Part shown: positions 35,865-45,733 of the stretch, piece by piece
Position numbering within the stretch: position 1 is the stretch's first letter
Layout of the letters: every line of letters starts with the position of its first letter
Source: Gemmatimonadales bacterium
GTDB taxonomy: Bacteria; Gemmatimonadota; Gemmatimonadetes; Gemmatimonadales; GWC2-71-9
Assembly: GCA_041577295.1 (NCBI GenBank)
Contig: JBFGJG010000009.1
Location: 44,052-108,051 of the forward strand
Direction: 5' to 3'
Length of the DNA: 64,000 nucleotides
Made by a program: the position numbers and the translations under genes
The notes under the pieces: model-generated
The model's input: only the letters and a program-made list of their open reading frames with translations
What the model was told of the DNA's origin: nothing
Database searches by the model: none

Positions 35865-37787
35865 ATGCAAAAAACCGCTTCCCTACTGGTGTTGATTGGC
35901 CTTGCGCTTCCGGGCGAGACTGCTGGACAGAGCCAGGATTGGCCCGTGTACGGTGGAGATCCTGGTGGGATGAAGTACTCGTCGCTCGACCAGATCAACC
36001 GCCGGACCGTGCGTCACCTCGAGACGGCCTGGACCTGGACGCCAGGCGAGCAGCCGCTACCCTCACCCGCGCGTCCCATCGACGGCCAGGACGTTCGCCC
36101 GGGCGTCTTCGAGGCCACCCCGCTGGTGATTCGTGACACGATGTACGTGGTGACTCCCTACAACCGCGTCGTGGCGCTCGATGCCAACACGGGACGGGAG
36201 ATCTGGAGCTTTGACCCGCGTTCGTACGAATGGGGGCTGCTCCCAAGGGGCTGTCGCTTCTGCCACCGTGGGCTCGCCACGTGGTCCGACGGGACCCAGC
36301 GGCGGATCTTCCTCACCACCCGGTGGCGGCTGATTGCGCTCGACGCTGCCACCGGACGCCCGATCGCCACGTTTGGCACCGACGGGGAAGTCGATGTGAG
36401 TCGCGACCTGGTGTGGGAAGTAAACCGTATGCACTACGTGAACACCTCACCCCCCGTGGTCTATCGGGACCTCGTAATCGTCGGCAGCGGCATGCCGGAC
36501 AACCGGATCTACCGGAACAACCCACCCGGCGACATTCAGGCCTTCGATGCACGCACCGGCAAGCGGGTGTGGCGCTTCAACACCGTGCCGCAAGCTGGGG
36601 AGTTCGGCAACGATACGTGGGAGGACGGGTCGTGGTCCTATACGGGCTCGACCAACGTATGGGCTCCCTTCACGCTCGACGTCGGGCGCGGGCTCGTCTA
36701 TCTCCCGGTGGGAACCCCCAACAACGACTTCTACGGCGGTCACCGAAAGGGCAACAACCTGTTCGCCGAATCGATCCTCTGCCTCGATGCGAACACCGGA
36801 CAAAGGGTGTGGCACTTCCAGACCGTGCATCACGGGTTGTGGGATTACGATCTCCCGGCCCCGCCAAACCTGGTGACGATCGAGGTAGACGGACGGCGCA
36901 TCGATGCCGTCGCGGTGGTGGCCAAGACCGGATTCGTGTACGTCTTCGACCGGGTCACCGGGGAGCCGGTGTGGCCGATCGAGGAGCGCCCGGTCCCGGC
37001 GAGCGACGTGCCCGGCGAGCGCGCCGCCCGGACGCAACCCTTCCCCACCCGACCCCCTCCGTTTGCAAAACAGGGATTCACGGAGGACGACCTCTTAGAC
37101 TATACCCCCGAGCTCGAAGCGAAGGCCCGGGCCGCGGTGGCACGCTACCGGTTGGGGACGCTCTTCACGCCACCTTCGCTCGACGGCTTGGTCATGATGC
37201 CCGGGTTAGTGGGTGGTTCCGGTTGGGGAGGTGGAGCGTTCGACCCGCAGTCCGGCTTGCTGTACGTCAAGTCGAGCAATTGGCCGCATCTCATTCGGTT
37301 GGCGCCTCCCGAACCCGGTACGGCGGATGCCGACTACGTGTGGGATGGCAAGGCGGCACTCGAGATTGCCGACGGCGTCCCCATTCACAAGCCACCGTAC
37401 GGGCTGCTGAATGCCATCGATCTCAATCAGGGAGCGCTGGCCTGGCAAGTGGTGTTTGGCGATACCCCGGAGATTCGCGGGCACCCGCTGCTCGAGCACC
37501 TCAACCTCCCGCCGGTCGGGGTCGCACCGCTCTCCCACGGAGCAACCTCGGGCCCCCTCGTCACCGCGGGGGGCCTGGTGTTCCTCGCCGGTGGTGCGAG
37601 GGCACTGCACGCGATCGACGCCGGCACGGGACAGACGTTGTGGCAAGGGGATCTCGCGGGGGGCCTCGGAACGGGCAACCCGATGACCTATCGCACGTCG
37701 AGCGGCACACAATATGTGGTGGTGGCGACCTCGCAGCGCGACGGCACCAATGCACAACTGATGGCGTTTGCGTTGCCCCGCAGGTGA
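35865..37787 (+). CDS. Periplasmic PQQ-dependent dehydrogenase (glucose/quinate DH-like)
   Basis: WPVYGGD..KYSSLDQIN, FEATPL, HFQTVHHGLWDYD and W-motif repeats. Has a signal peptide, not the 5-TM anchor. Confidence 0.9.
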   Translation: MQKTASLLVLIGLALPGETAGQSQDWPVYGGDPGGMKYSSLDQINRRTVRHLETAWTWTPGEQPLPSPARPIDGQDVRPGVFEATPLVIRDTMYVVTPYNRVVALDANTGREIWSFDPRSYEWGLLPRGCRFCHRGLATWSDGTQRRIFLTTRWRLIALDAATGRPIATFGTDGEVDVSRDLVWEVNRMHYVNTSPPVVYRDLVIVGSGMPDNRIYRNNPPGDIQAFDARTGKRVWRFNTVPQAGEFGNDTWEDGSWSYTGSTNVWAPFTLDVGRGLVYLPVGTPNNDFYGGHRKGNNLFAESILCLDANTGQRVWHFQTVHHGLWDYDLPAPPNLVTIEVDGRRIDAVAVVAKTGFVYVFDRVTGEPVWPIEERPVPASDVPGERAARTQPFPTRPPPFAKQGFTEDDLLDYTPELEAKARAAVARYRLGTLFTPPSLDGLVMMPGLVGGSGWGGGAFDPQSGLLYVKSSNWPHLIRLAPPEPGTADADYVWDGKAALEIADGVPIHKPPYGLLNAIDLNQGALAWQVVFGDTPEIRGHPLLEHLNLPPVGVAPLSHGATSGPLVTAGGLVFLAGGARALHAIDAGTGQTLWQGDLAGGLGTGNPMTYRTSSGTQYVVVATSQRDGTNAQLMAFALPRR

Positions 37788-37798
37788 ACGGCCGCGCG

Positions 37799-39961
37799 TC
37801 AACCCCGTTCCACAATCAACTTCGCCAACCGTTCGGGCGCCCGCTGACGTGCCATCAACGCGAGAAACTCCTGATCCTGCGCCAGGTGCGCCACGGCGGC
37901 GAGGCTGTCCAGGTGCTCGCGTGCACCGCCGACTGGTGAGAGCACGAGGAAGACGAGCTGCACTCGGCGGGCATCGGGTGTGTCCATCGCAACGCCGTAG
38001 GTGACGTTCGCCACGAAACACCGACTGTGCTGGAGCTGTTCGGTGTAGGCATGTGGAATGGCCACCGTGCTTCCGACAGCCGCCGACATCGTGCGATGTC
38101 GCTCCAGGATACCGGCCACCAGTTGCTCGATCGGCAGCTCGGGAAGCAGCCGTTTGGCACTCTTCATCAGCTCGTCGACGACGAACTCGAAGCTGGGTTC
38201 GGGCTCGCCGATCACATCCACGTGTGCGACGAGGTCAGCGAGACCGGGAATGCGTCGTCGTAAGACCACAGCAAACTCGCCCTGTGGTTCGCCCGGTTGG
38301 AGTGGGTCGGTGACGATGGTGCCGCTCCCGTCGCGGACCCAGAAGAGTGGCTGAAAGTCAGGTCCAAAGTGCCCTCGTTCATCGGTGTCACCAATCTCGA
38401 CCAGGTCGATCGCGAACGCGTCGGTGGCGAGACCGTGCGCCACCTGCGCCGGTGTCATAGAAGTCGACCACACCTCCACGCCCGCGGTGTGTTTCTCCTC
38501 CTCGTGGCCGTCGTCGTCCACCGGCCCCCAAGAGAAGCACCGATCTTCCGGGATCCCGCTCCAGCGCCTGAGCTCCCCAATGTCCCGGGGTACGGCCGTC
38601 GCCACGTTGAGAATCGCGTGCGCGTTTGCAAAGCGCGGGTCGTCGAACTCGTCACCCTCATGCGGATGCTCAGAGGTGGGCAATTCGAGTACGGGGACGC
38701 CTGCCCGGCGGAGTCCCCGCGCCAACTCCGGCACGACTACCGCATCACCCGTCAGAAGCCACGCGCGACGATCGGCTCGCTCGAGGCCGAGTAACCGAGC
38801 AACTGCGGGGGCAGAGAGGCCCTGCAGCGTGACCGTGGTCGCAATCACCGCATACGTAATGGTCTCGAGGTGCACGGCCTCGGCGTTGCCGAGATCCTGG
38901 AGCCGGAGCGCAAACAGGGAAGCCATGGCCGCCGCAACGATTCCCCGCGGGCCGATCCACGCGAGAAACATCTTCTCTCGCAGATTGAATCCGCCGTGCC
39001 ACGTGGACAACCACACCGTCGTTGGCCGCAAGATCAACATCACCACGATCAGAACCCCGAGCAGCGGCCAGCCGGTGAACCGGGCGAGATCGAGTTGGGC
39101 TGACAGCAGCACGAACGCGAGCCCAATACCAAACTCGGTCAATTCGAGCTTGAACCGCTTGACGTGCCGCAGTTGAGGCGGGTGCACCAGACCAATGACG
39201 AGCCCAGCGACGACGACGGCGAGGATACCGGATTCCGTCACGACGCCGTGCGCGACGGCAAACGTGAGCAACGCGCCACCCAGGACGAAGATGTTCACGT
39301 GTTCGGTGGGGATCCACGATCGCTTGAGCGCTGCCGCCATGATCAGCCCGAGCGTCGCCCCCACACCCATTCCCACGAAGAGGCGAAGCCCAAAGCGACC
39401 GATGGGCCCTAAGACACCGTGCACTTCTGCGGGGGTGAGCCATTCGTAGCAGAGGACAGCCACAAACACCCCGAGGGGGTCAATGAGCACGCTCTCCCAG
39501 TAGAGAATATCGTGCAGCCGCTCTGTGACGTGGACCCGACGCAGGATCGGGGCGATGACGGTCGGACCCGTCACAATCACCAGGCTCCCGGCCACCAGTG
39601 CCATACCGGGTTCGAGGTCGAACAGCACGAGCACCGCGGTCCCGGTTCCCAGCCACGTGATGAGCGGCCCGATGGTGACCATCCGTTTGATGACGCCCGA
39701 CGTGCGCCGATAGCCGGCGACGTCGAGCGTCAATCCGCCCTCGAATAAGATCACGGCCACCGCCAACGAGATCACAACTTCGAGGTCCTCCCCGAGCGCC
39801 GCGGGGTCCACCCAGCCCAGCGCACTCGGCCCGAGCACCACTCCACCCAACAGGAGCAGCACGATCGACGGGATCTTGAGCCGGTGGCTCGCGATCACGA
39901 GGATCACACCCGTCGCGGCCGCCAAACAGAGCGTCAGCAAGGCGTCATGTGATGCGGGCAT
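37799..39961 (-). CDS. CPA1 cation:proton antiporter fused to a PTS EIIA-like domain
   Basis: ILFEGGL, VTGPTVI, WESVLIDP and GPRGIVAA; C-terminal VAIPHA..DTPD. Confidence 0.88.
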   Translation of the reverse strand: MPASHDALLTLCLAAATGVILVIASHRLKIPSIVLLLLGGVVLGPSALGWVDPAALGEDLEVVISLAVAVILFEGGLTLDVAGYRRTSGVIKRMVTIGPLITWLGTGTAVLVLFDLEPGMALVAGSLVIVTGPTVIAPILRRVHVTERLHDILYWESVLIDPLGVFVAVLCYEWLTPAEVHGVLGPIGRFGLRLFVGMGVGATLGLIMAAALKRSWIPTEHVNIFVLGGALLTFAVAHGVVTESGILAVVVAGLVIGLVHPPQLRHVKRFKLELTEFGIGLAFVLLSAQLDLARFTGWPLLGVLIVVMLILRPTTVWLSTWHGGFNLREKMFLAWIGPRGIVAAAMASLFALRLQDLGNAEAVHLETITYAVIATTVTLQGLSAPAVARLLGLERADRRAWLLTGDAVVVPELARGLRRAGVPVLELPTSEHPHEGDEFDDPRFANAHAILNVATAVPRDIGELRRWSGIPEDRCFSWGPVDDDGHEEEKHTAGVEVWSTSMTPAQVAHGLATDAFAIDLVEIGDTDERGHFGPDFQPLFWVRDGSGTIVTDPLQPGEPQGEFAVVLRRRIPGLADLVAHVDVIGEPEPSFEFVVDELMKSAKRLLPELPIEQLVAGILERHRTMSAAVGSTVAIPHAYTEQLQHSRCFVANVTYGVAMDTPDARRVQLVFLVLSPVGGAREHLDSLAAVAHLAQDQEFLALMARQRAPERLAKLIVERG

Positions 39962-40100
39962 CGCGCGTGTGTGGCTCCTGGTTCGTTGGGGGAATGAACC
40001 GTTCTAAGGTGGCGAGCGGGTGCGGGTGTGGATAGAGCGGCCGCACTGTGCTGTGCGACCACTCTCCTACCCAACCATAGTGACAAAGGGGTATCGGTCG

Positions 40101-40286
40101 CTACATCGCCTGACCGCGGCCCGCGAGCATGAGGCCGCTCGCCGCGGCGAGCAGCAACACGGGTACATAGAGCGGAAGGTCGGTTCGTCCCAGCACACCC
40201 AAGACGAGCAGCACACCGGCTACGAGGGCAGCGGCGGCACCGACGCCGCGCAGGAGGCGTGCTTGCGATGAAGAGATCTTGGCCAT
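40101..40286 (-). CDS. Small 2-TM hypothetical protein
   Basis: Hydrophobic hairpin of 61 aa from ATG 40286. Confidence 0.45.
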   Translation of the reverse strand: MAKISSSQARLLRGVGAAAALVAGVLLVLGVLGRTDLPLYVPVLLLAAASGLMLAGRGQAM

Positions 40287-40339
40287 GTCACACCCTAGGC
40301 GTTTGCCAGCACACGTCAAGCCCGGACCGCGGGGAAGAT

Positions 40340-40368
40340 TTGCTTGTGAAACATTCTTCTTGTATTCT
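40340..40368 (+). promoter_or_regulatory. Sigma70-type promoter of the TA operon
   Basis: TTGCTT-17 bp-TATTCT in an AT-rich patch, 8 nt before ATG 40377. Confidence 0.6.
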
Positions 40369-40376
40369 TTCAATTG

Positions 40377-40751
40377 ATGTCAACCGCACGTCCTGCCCCA
40401 GCGCCCGACCCGACGGTCGTCCTCACCAAGGCCGTTCTCTCCGCCGCGGATCGTCTCGGCCTGCGCAACCGCGAGCTCGCGGAGGTGTTGGGTTCCAGCG
40501 AGGCATCGATCTCCCGCTTGAGCAGGCAACGACGGCTCGAGCCCACTGGGAAGGAGGGCGAGCTCGCGCTGCTGTTCCTCCGTCTGTTTCGCAGTCTCGA
40601 CGCACTCGTGGGTGGTGATGACCGAAAAGCTCGGGCGTGGCTCGAAGCCCACAACGATCACCTCGGCGGCGTACCCAAAGACCAGATCCTCCGGATCGAG
40701 GGATTAGTCCGTGTCGTCCAGTATTTGGACGCGATGCGCGGGCGAATCTAG
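40377..40751 (+). CDS. Xre/MbcA/ParS-type antitoxin
   Basis: HTH LAEVLGSSEASISRL and C-terminal ARAWL..N..LGG.P..YLDAMRG. Confidence 0.88.
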   Translation: MSTARPAPAPDPTVVLTKAVLSAADRLGLRNRELAEVLGSSEASISRLSRQRRLEPTGKEGELALLFLRLFRSLDALVGGDDRKARAWLEAHNDHLGGVPKDQILRIEGLVRVVQYLDAMRGRI

Positions 40752-41466
40752 GGTCCGTGCGCTTGCCCTCGACCCGTATCGCGTGGTCGAGGATCAACAT
40801 CAGGTGGCGACGCGCAAGCTCGTCGACACCGGTGCCGAGCAGGCGGTACTCGAGGAACTCATCGAGTCGGCCAAGCCAGCCGATCCGACGGGCGGGCGGA
40901 AACATTATCTGCTTGCGACGCCGTTCCGATACCCACCCTTGCCGTACGGCTCCCGCTTTGGTTCGCGTGTCGAACGGGGAATCTGGTACGGGTCGGAAAC
41001 ACTGCGGGCCGGCTTTGCCGAGACCGCCTACTATCGATTGCTGTTTCTCGCCGGCACACGCGCCCACCTCGGAACCGTGCACACCCCGCTCACTGTGTTC
41101 CAGGTGCGGGTGCGGACGTCACTTGGCATCGATCTCTCGGCACCACCATTTGACGTGCATCGCAAGACCATCTCATCCAAGACGAGCTACCGTGTCTCGC
41201 AGGCGCTCGGCCGCGCGATGCGCGGCACCGGCATCGCGACGTTTCGCTATTGGTCCGCGCGCGACAGGGAAGGCGGAGTGAACGTGGGGGTATTTCGGCC
41301 CGACGCCTTTGGCCGCAGCCGGCCACGAAACTTCCTGAGTTGGCACTGTGTCGCAACCACGGCACGCGTCGAGATGCACAAACGTGACTATTTGCGACCC
41401 GAGATGTTCACGTTCCCACGAGCGCAGTTTCTGGTGCGCGGCAGGTTGCCACTACCAGCTCCGTGA
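40711..41466 (+). CDS. RES-domain toxin (NAD+ phosphorylase family)
   Basis: YRVVE, TPFRYPP..GSRFG, AETAYYR and YWSARD. Overlaps the antitoxin 3' end. Confidence 0.88.
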   Translation: MSSSIWTRCAGESRVRALALDPYRVVEDQHQVATRKLVDTGAEQAVLEELIESAKPADPTGGRKHYLLATPFRYPPLPYGSRFGSRVERGIWYGSETLRAGFAETAYYRLLFLAGTRAHLGTVHTPLTVFQVRVRTSLGIDLSAPPFDVHRKTISSKTSYRVSQALGRAMRGTGIATFRYWSARDREGGVNVGVFRPDAFGRSRPRNFLSWHCVATTARVEMHKRDYLRPEMFTFPRAQFLVRGRLPLPAP

Positions 41467-41530
41467 GAGTGCAGAGTGCAGGATGCAGAGTGAGGGGAAC
41501 CAGCACCGTGGTTTCAGCGTAGGTAATCCC

Positions 41531-42655
41531 ATGCTTCGCGTAATTCCGATCTTCTTGTTGCTGTTGCCGAGCGGCGCGGTGTCCCAGGAACCGCCGGTCA
41601 TCGGACGACCCGTGGCGCTTGGCGACGGTTGGCCCACTGCCGCCGCGGAGAGCGCCGGGTTCGATCGCGACGTCCTGGCGAAAATGGCCGCCGACGTGCG
41701 CGCCGGCGTGTTCCGGCGGATCACGAGCATCTTGATCGCCCACCGGGGCGTCTTGATCTACGAGGAATACTTTGACGATCGGGGCGCCGCGGCCTTCCGC
41801 GATACCAGATCGGCAACCAAGACCATGACCGGGATGCTCATCGGCCAGGCGATTGCACGCGGCTCGTTGCCAGGGGTGGAGGCCCGTGTGACGCCCTTCT
41901 TTCGCGACCATGCTCCACCGCAACACCCAGATGCGCGAAAGGACGAGATCACGGTCGAGGACTTCCTCACGATGAGCTCACTCCTCGAGTGTGACGACTG
42001 GAACAGTTTCTCCCGCGGCAACGAAGAACGGATGTACCTGATTGAAGACTGGATTCAGTTTACCCTGGACCTCCCCATCAAGGGGTTTCCACCGTGGGCC
42101 AGCAAGCCGGCGGACGCACCGTACGGACGGAGCTTCAGCTATTGCACCGCGGGCGTGTTCACGCTGGGAGCGGTCTTGAGCCGTGCCGTGGGCCAGCCGG
42201 TCGCGCAATTCGCCGATCGACAGCTTTTTATACCGATGGGCATCGACTCCGTCGAGTGGCAATACTCTCCGCTCGGCGAGGCGCAAACCGGTGGCGGCCT
42301 GCGAATGCGGTCGCGTGACCTCTTGAAGCTCGCACAGCTGTATTTGAACGGAGGGACTTGGGGCGGGGAGCGGCTGATTCAGGAGGAGTGGGTGGCCCGC
42401 TCCATCCGGCCATCTGTTCGTGTCAACGATGACACCGAGTACGGATATCTGTGGTGGCTCCGTACATTCGAAGCGGCAGGCTCGAAACACCCATCCTACT
42501 ACATGTCCGGCAATGGTGGTAACAAGGTCGCGGCGTTCCCAACCGACCAACTGGTGGTCGTGATCACGAGTACCAACTACAACACATCGGGCATGCACCA
42601 GCAGACGGACCGGCTGTTGACCGAGTACGTGCTCCCGAGCTTGCCGTCGCCTTAG
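41531..42655 (+). CDS. Serine hydrolase, beta-lactamase class C-like family
   Basis: SATK (SxxK), LTMSS, FSYC, YGYLWW and GNGG; signal peptide. Confidence 0.88.
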   Translation: MLRVIPIFLLLLPSGAVSQEPPVIGRPVALGDGWPTAAAESAGFDRDVLAKMAADVRAGVFRRITSILIAHRGVLIYEEYFDDRGAAAFRDTRSATKTMTGMLIGQAIARGSLPGVEARVTPFFRDHAPPQHPDARKDEITVEDFLTMSSLLECDDWNSFSRGNEERMYLIEDWIQFTLDLPIKGFPPWASKPADAPYGRSFSYCTAGVFTLGAVLSRAVGQPVAQFADRQLFIPMGIDSVEWQYSPLGEAQTGGGLRMRSRDLLKLAQLYLNGGTWGGERLIQEEWVARSIRPSVRVNDDTEYGYLWWLRTFEAAGSKHPSYYMSGNGGNKVAAFPTDQLVVVITSTNYNTSGMHQQTDRLLTEYVLPSLPSP

Positions 42656-42700
42656 AAAAGCAACGCCCCCGCCCGCTGCACTGACGGCGGGCGGGGGCGT
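42654..42700 (-). terminator. Intrinsic terminator between convergent genes
   Basis: 14-bp stem ACGCCCCCGCCCGC / GCGGGCGGGGGCGT followed by TGCTTTTCT on the minus strand. Confidence 0.75.
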
Positions 42701-42731
42701 GATCTCCCAGAGCAGTCGAGCTACTCGCCAA

Positions 42732-45119
42732 CTACGGCAGCAGCTCCAGCGGACGGTATTTCAGGAAGAACACACCTTCCTTTCCGCTCGAGACCACGAT
42801 CGTGCCGCTCGCGAAGTACGGATAGTTGCTCCACGAGCCATCAAACTCGATCTCTTCGCTCCATGGTACCGTGTCGAGGAATCCCACTTCCCGCGGATTC
42901 AAGCGATCGGCGATGTTGAGGATTCGCAGACCGCTGACGTAGTTCGACTGGTACATCAGGTCGCCCTTGATGTACAGGTTGTGGTCGATGGTGAAGGTAG
43001 TCCCGAAGTGCTCCTTGACCATGATGGGATCGTCGAGATCCTCGATGTCCCACACCAGGGTCCGGGTACCCGGGAGCGGCTGACCGGCCTGAATCGAGGC
43101 CGATTCGTCTCCTTCATCGTTCATGTAGAAGTACCGGTGATCCTCCGTGATCCACCCTTGATGGGCGTAGTCCACGTTCGGATAGGTGGCGGACGAGATC
43201 CGCAGCGGGTTCTGTTTGTCCGTCACGTCCGAGATCGCCAGCGCATTCTCGTTGGAGCCGAAGCAAACCTCTTTGCCAACGTGCTCCGTGTCGGGTCCGT
43301 TGTACACGATACACATCGCGTCGTGTGAATAGCCCGTGCCGGCCTGACCCGTCAACGTGTCGGCGAAACATCCGGCGAAGACCGGCCGCTTGGGCGTGCG
43401 AATGTCGATCATGTGCAACCCGCCACCGCACGTCTCTCCGCCGGCGTTGGAGCCAACGGCGTAGGCAAACCCAGTCGTTTCATTGATCACGATGTTGTGC
43501 GCCGACGCGATCCCGTCATAGATCGTGTCCGCCGCAAATGTCGCTGGCGCATTGGAGACGCGGCGCAGCCTGGTCAGGTCGAAGACCTGCATGCCGTGCT
43601 GTCCTGCGCCGTCCGCCACGACGAACGCATGGTTTGCGTAGACCTTGATATCGCGCCACGCGTTCCCGCGCGATCCCGGCGTCTTTGGCAGATTGCCGAG
43701 GTACACCGGGCGCGCTGGGTTGGTGACGTCGATGAACGCGGTCCCATCCGTTCGCCCGACGAGCGCGTATTCCTTCCCCGATTCGGGATCGGTCCACCCC
43801 CATACATCGTTCGTCTCGGCACCGCGGCCGCCCCCGATACCCCGCACCGGAAGGAACGAGAGAATGTCTACCTGGCTGCAGGAAAACTGGTTTGCGGTGC
43901 CGTCGTTGCAGCGTATTGCACCTCCGACCAACGGTTCGAGGCTCATCGGCTCGGGACCGAGCAGCTTGTCGGTGGCCCGCCAGGAGTTACCGGTCTTGGT
44001 CAATACCACGGCCGATCCCAGCCCGAAGTCGTCGCCGGTCGCTCCCACGATCGCGATGTCGTTGCCCACGGTGATCGTGCTGCCGAATCCATCGCCAATG
44101 TCTTCATCGAGCGCCGCGATCTTGTTGACATCCCCGAACCGGCCGGTGTTGGGGTCGTACGCGAAACGATACACGCGCCCGGAACCGTCCGCGCCGGGCG
44201 CCCCCACCCACAACTCGGAGTCACTGGCCACCAGGGTCGAACCGAAGCCGGCGTTGGGAATACGCTCGTACGGCGCTAGCACTGGACCCTGCACCCATGA
44301 TTCACCCCGCCGGGTGTAGCGTCTGACCTCCCCGATGTCGTTGTCGCGGCCGGGCACGCCGATGAGCGCGTGTCCGTCGAGCCAGGCGACGGCCGACCCA
44401 AAACCATCCCCCGGTTGAGACTGCGCTTCGTCGACAGAGAGCCTCGCTTCCAGCGCCCAATCCCCGGGTGCGTTGCGACGGAATACGTACGCAGCACCGC
44501 GATTCTGCAGCTGCTGGCTGGCTTGTAGCGCCCCGGTCAGCAACCGCTGGCCGTCGAAGGCAAGGGACCATCCGAGGAATTCCTGAGTGCTGGCGCTGTC
44601 GCCCGGTGTGAGCTTAGCCTCCTGCGTCCACTTCCCGTCCCGTCCCCGCGCATACACCCACACGGCGCCACGGCCTTGGTTGTGGCCAAGGGCGGAAACG
44701 AACAGGAGATTCTGGTGCAGGAGCCCAAACCGGCCGAAGGCATCGCCCGGAACGACATCGTCGGGGCGTAAGGTCTCCATGAGCTCAAACTCATTGCCAC
44801 GCCGACGAAAGACCCACACCGCTCCCGTGCTGCGGTCCAGCAACGTGCCGCCGACGATCAGCCGGTCGCCGTCCACCGCAATGAACCGTCCAAAGAAGTC
44901 TCCGCCCTCGTGGGTGGGTGCGGTCAGGGTGCCGCTTCGCTCCCACCGGTCACCCGTGCGCCTGTACAGATAGATCGTGGCCGGCTCGTTCTCCTTCACC
45001 GGCTCGCTAATCAGTATCTCGCTGCCAAACGTGGCCGCGTAGGCACCAAACTGCTGCGCCTCGAGCGGCGCCGCCGCCACGAGGAGCGTCATCCCGATCA
45101 CCAACCGGGGATGGATCAT
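42732..45119 (-). CDS. Choice-of-anchor B family secreted protein (FG-GAP repeats + LVIVD propeller)
   Basis: NDVWGWTDP..EYALVG, WRDIKVY, HDAMC, HQGW, HNLY and SNY.SGLRI. Confidence 0.85.
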   Translation of the reverse strand: MIHPRLVIGMTLLVAAAPLEAQQFGAYAATFGSEILISEPVKENEPATIYLYRRTGDRWERSGTLTAPTHEGGDFFGRFIAVDGDRLIVGGTLLDRSTGAVWVFRRRGNEFELMETLRPDDVVPGDAFGRFGLLHQNLLFVSALGHNQGRGAVWVYARGRDGKWTQEAKLTPGDSASTQEFLGWSLAFDGQRLLTGALQASQQLQNRGAAYVFRRNAPGDWALEARLSVDEAQSQPGDGFGSAVAWLDGHALIGVPGRDNDIGEVRRYTRRGESWVQGPVLAPYERIPNAGFGSTLVASDSELWVGAPGADGSGRVYRFAYDPNTGRFGDVNKIAALDEDIGDGFGSTITVGNDIAIVGATGDDFGLGSAVVLTKTGNSWRATDKLLGPEPMSLEPLVGGAIRCNDGTANQFSCSQVDILSFLPVRGIGGGRGAETNDVWGWTDPESGKEYALVGRTDGTAFIDVTNPARPVYLGNLPKTPGSRGNAWRDIKVYANHAFVVADGAGQHGMQVFDLTRLRRVSNAPATFAADTIYDGIASAHNIVINETTGFAYAVGSNAGGETCGGGLHMIDIRTPKRPVFAGCFADTLTGQAGTGYSHDAMCIVYNGPDTEHVGKEVCFGSNENALAISDVTDKQNPLRISSATYPNVDYAHQGWITEDHRYFYMNDEGDESASIQAGQPLPGTRTLVWDIEDLDDPIMVKEHFGTTFTIDHNLYIKGDLMYQSNYVSGLRILNIADRLNPREVGFLDTVPWSEEIEFDGSWSNYPYFASGTIVVSSGKEGVFFLKYRPLELLP

Positions 45120-45424
45120 ACGAACCTCTCTTGGGATGTGTGGAAACTGTCCAAATCGTTGTCTGGCGGTTTGTTGCGGTAACGAATCACGAATCGGGAT
45201 CCCAGCGCATCGGCGCGAGAACCCCGACTGAGAACAACTTAGTCACGCCGGATTCTGGTTCCATTACGTCGTTAGACGCCCAAAGGTTCCACTTGGTTGC
45301 TGGCGTTCAGAAGCGGATCACTTGGCAGTTGCTCGAATGAGACACGGCAGGAATGGATGAAGGATGCGCCCTCCCCCCTCACTGGAAGGTCCGCCACACC
45401 CTCGTGTTGTCATCAAAGCTTTCG

Positions 45425-45733
45425 TTACCCGAGGCCGCTCTCATGACGTGCGAACTCCACCACGAACTTCGTGGTGAGCGCAACCGCTGCTTGCTGACCA
45501 GCGAGCTGTTCACGGACGTAACGATCCCATCGATCGACTGGGATTCGGCGCCCCAGCGTCTCCTCGAGTCGAAACACGAGATCAAGAAAGTCAATCGACT
45601 CGGCGCCGAGATCTTGGATCAAGGCACTGTCCAGCAGGACATCGTGGATCGGCACTACGAGGACCTCCGCGATCGTTTGGCGAACGAGTTCGGTGAGATC
45701 GTGCTCCTCTAGCAGCGGCGAATTAGCAGACAT
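45425..45733 (-). CDS. Acyl carrier protein
   Basis: DLGAESIDFLDLVFRLE phosphopantetheine-Ser helix. Confidence 0.85.
   Translation of the reverse strand: MSANSPLLEEHDLTELVRQTIAEVLVVPIHDVLLDSALIQDLGAESIDFLDLVFRLEETLGRRIPVDRWDRYVREQLAGQQAAVALTTKFVVEFARHESGLG

Noticed and set aside
41531..42655. Antibiotic-resistance beta-lactamase
   Set aside because: It lacks the class C YxN and KTG motifs, so it is a generic serine hydrolase.
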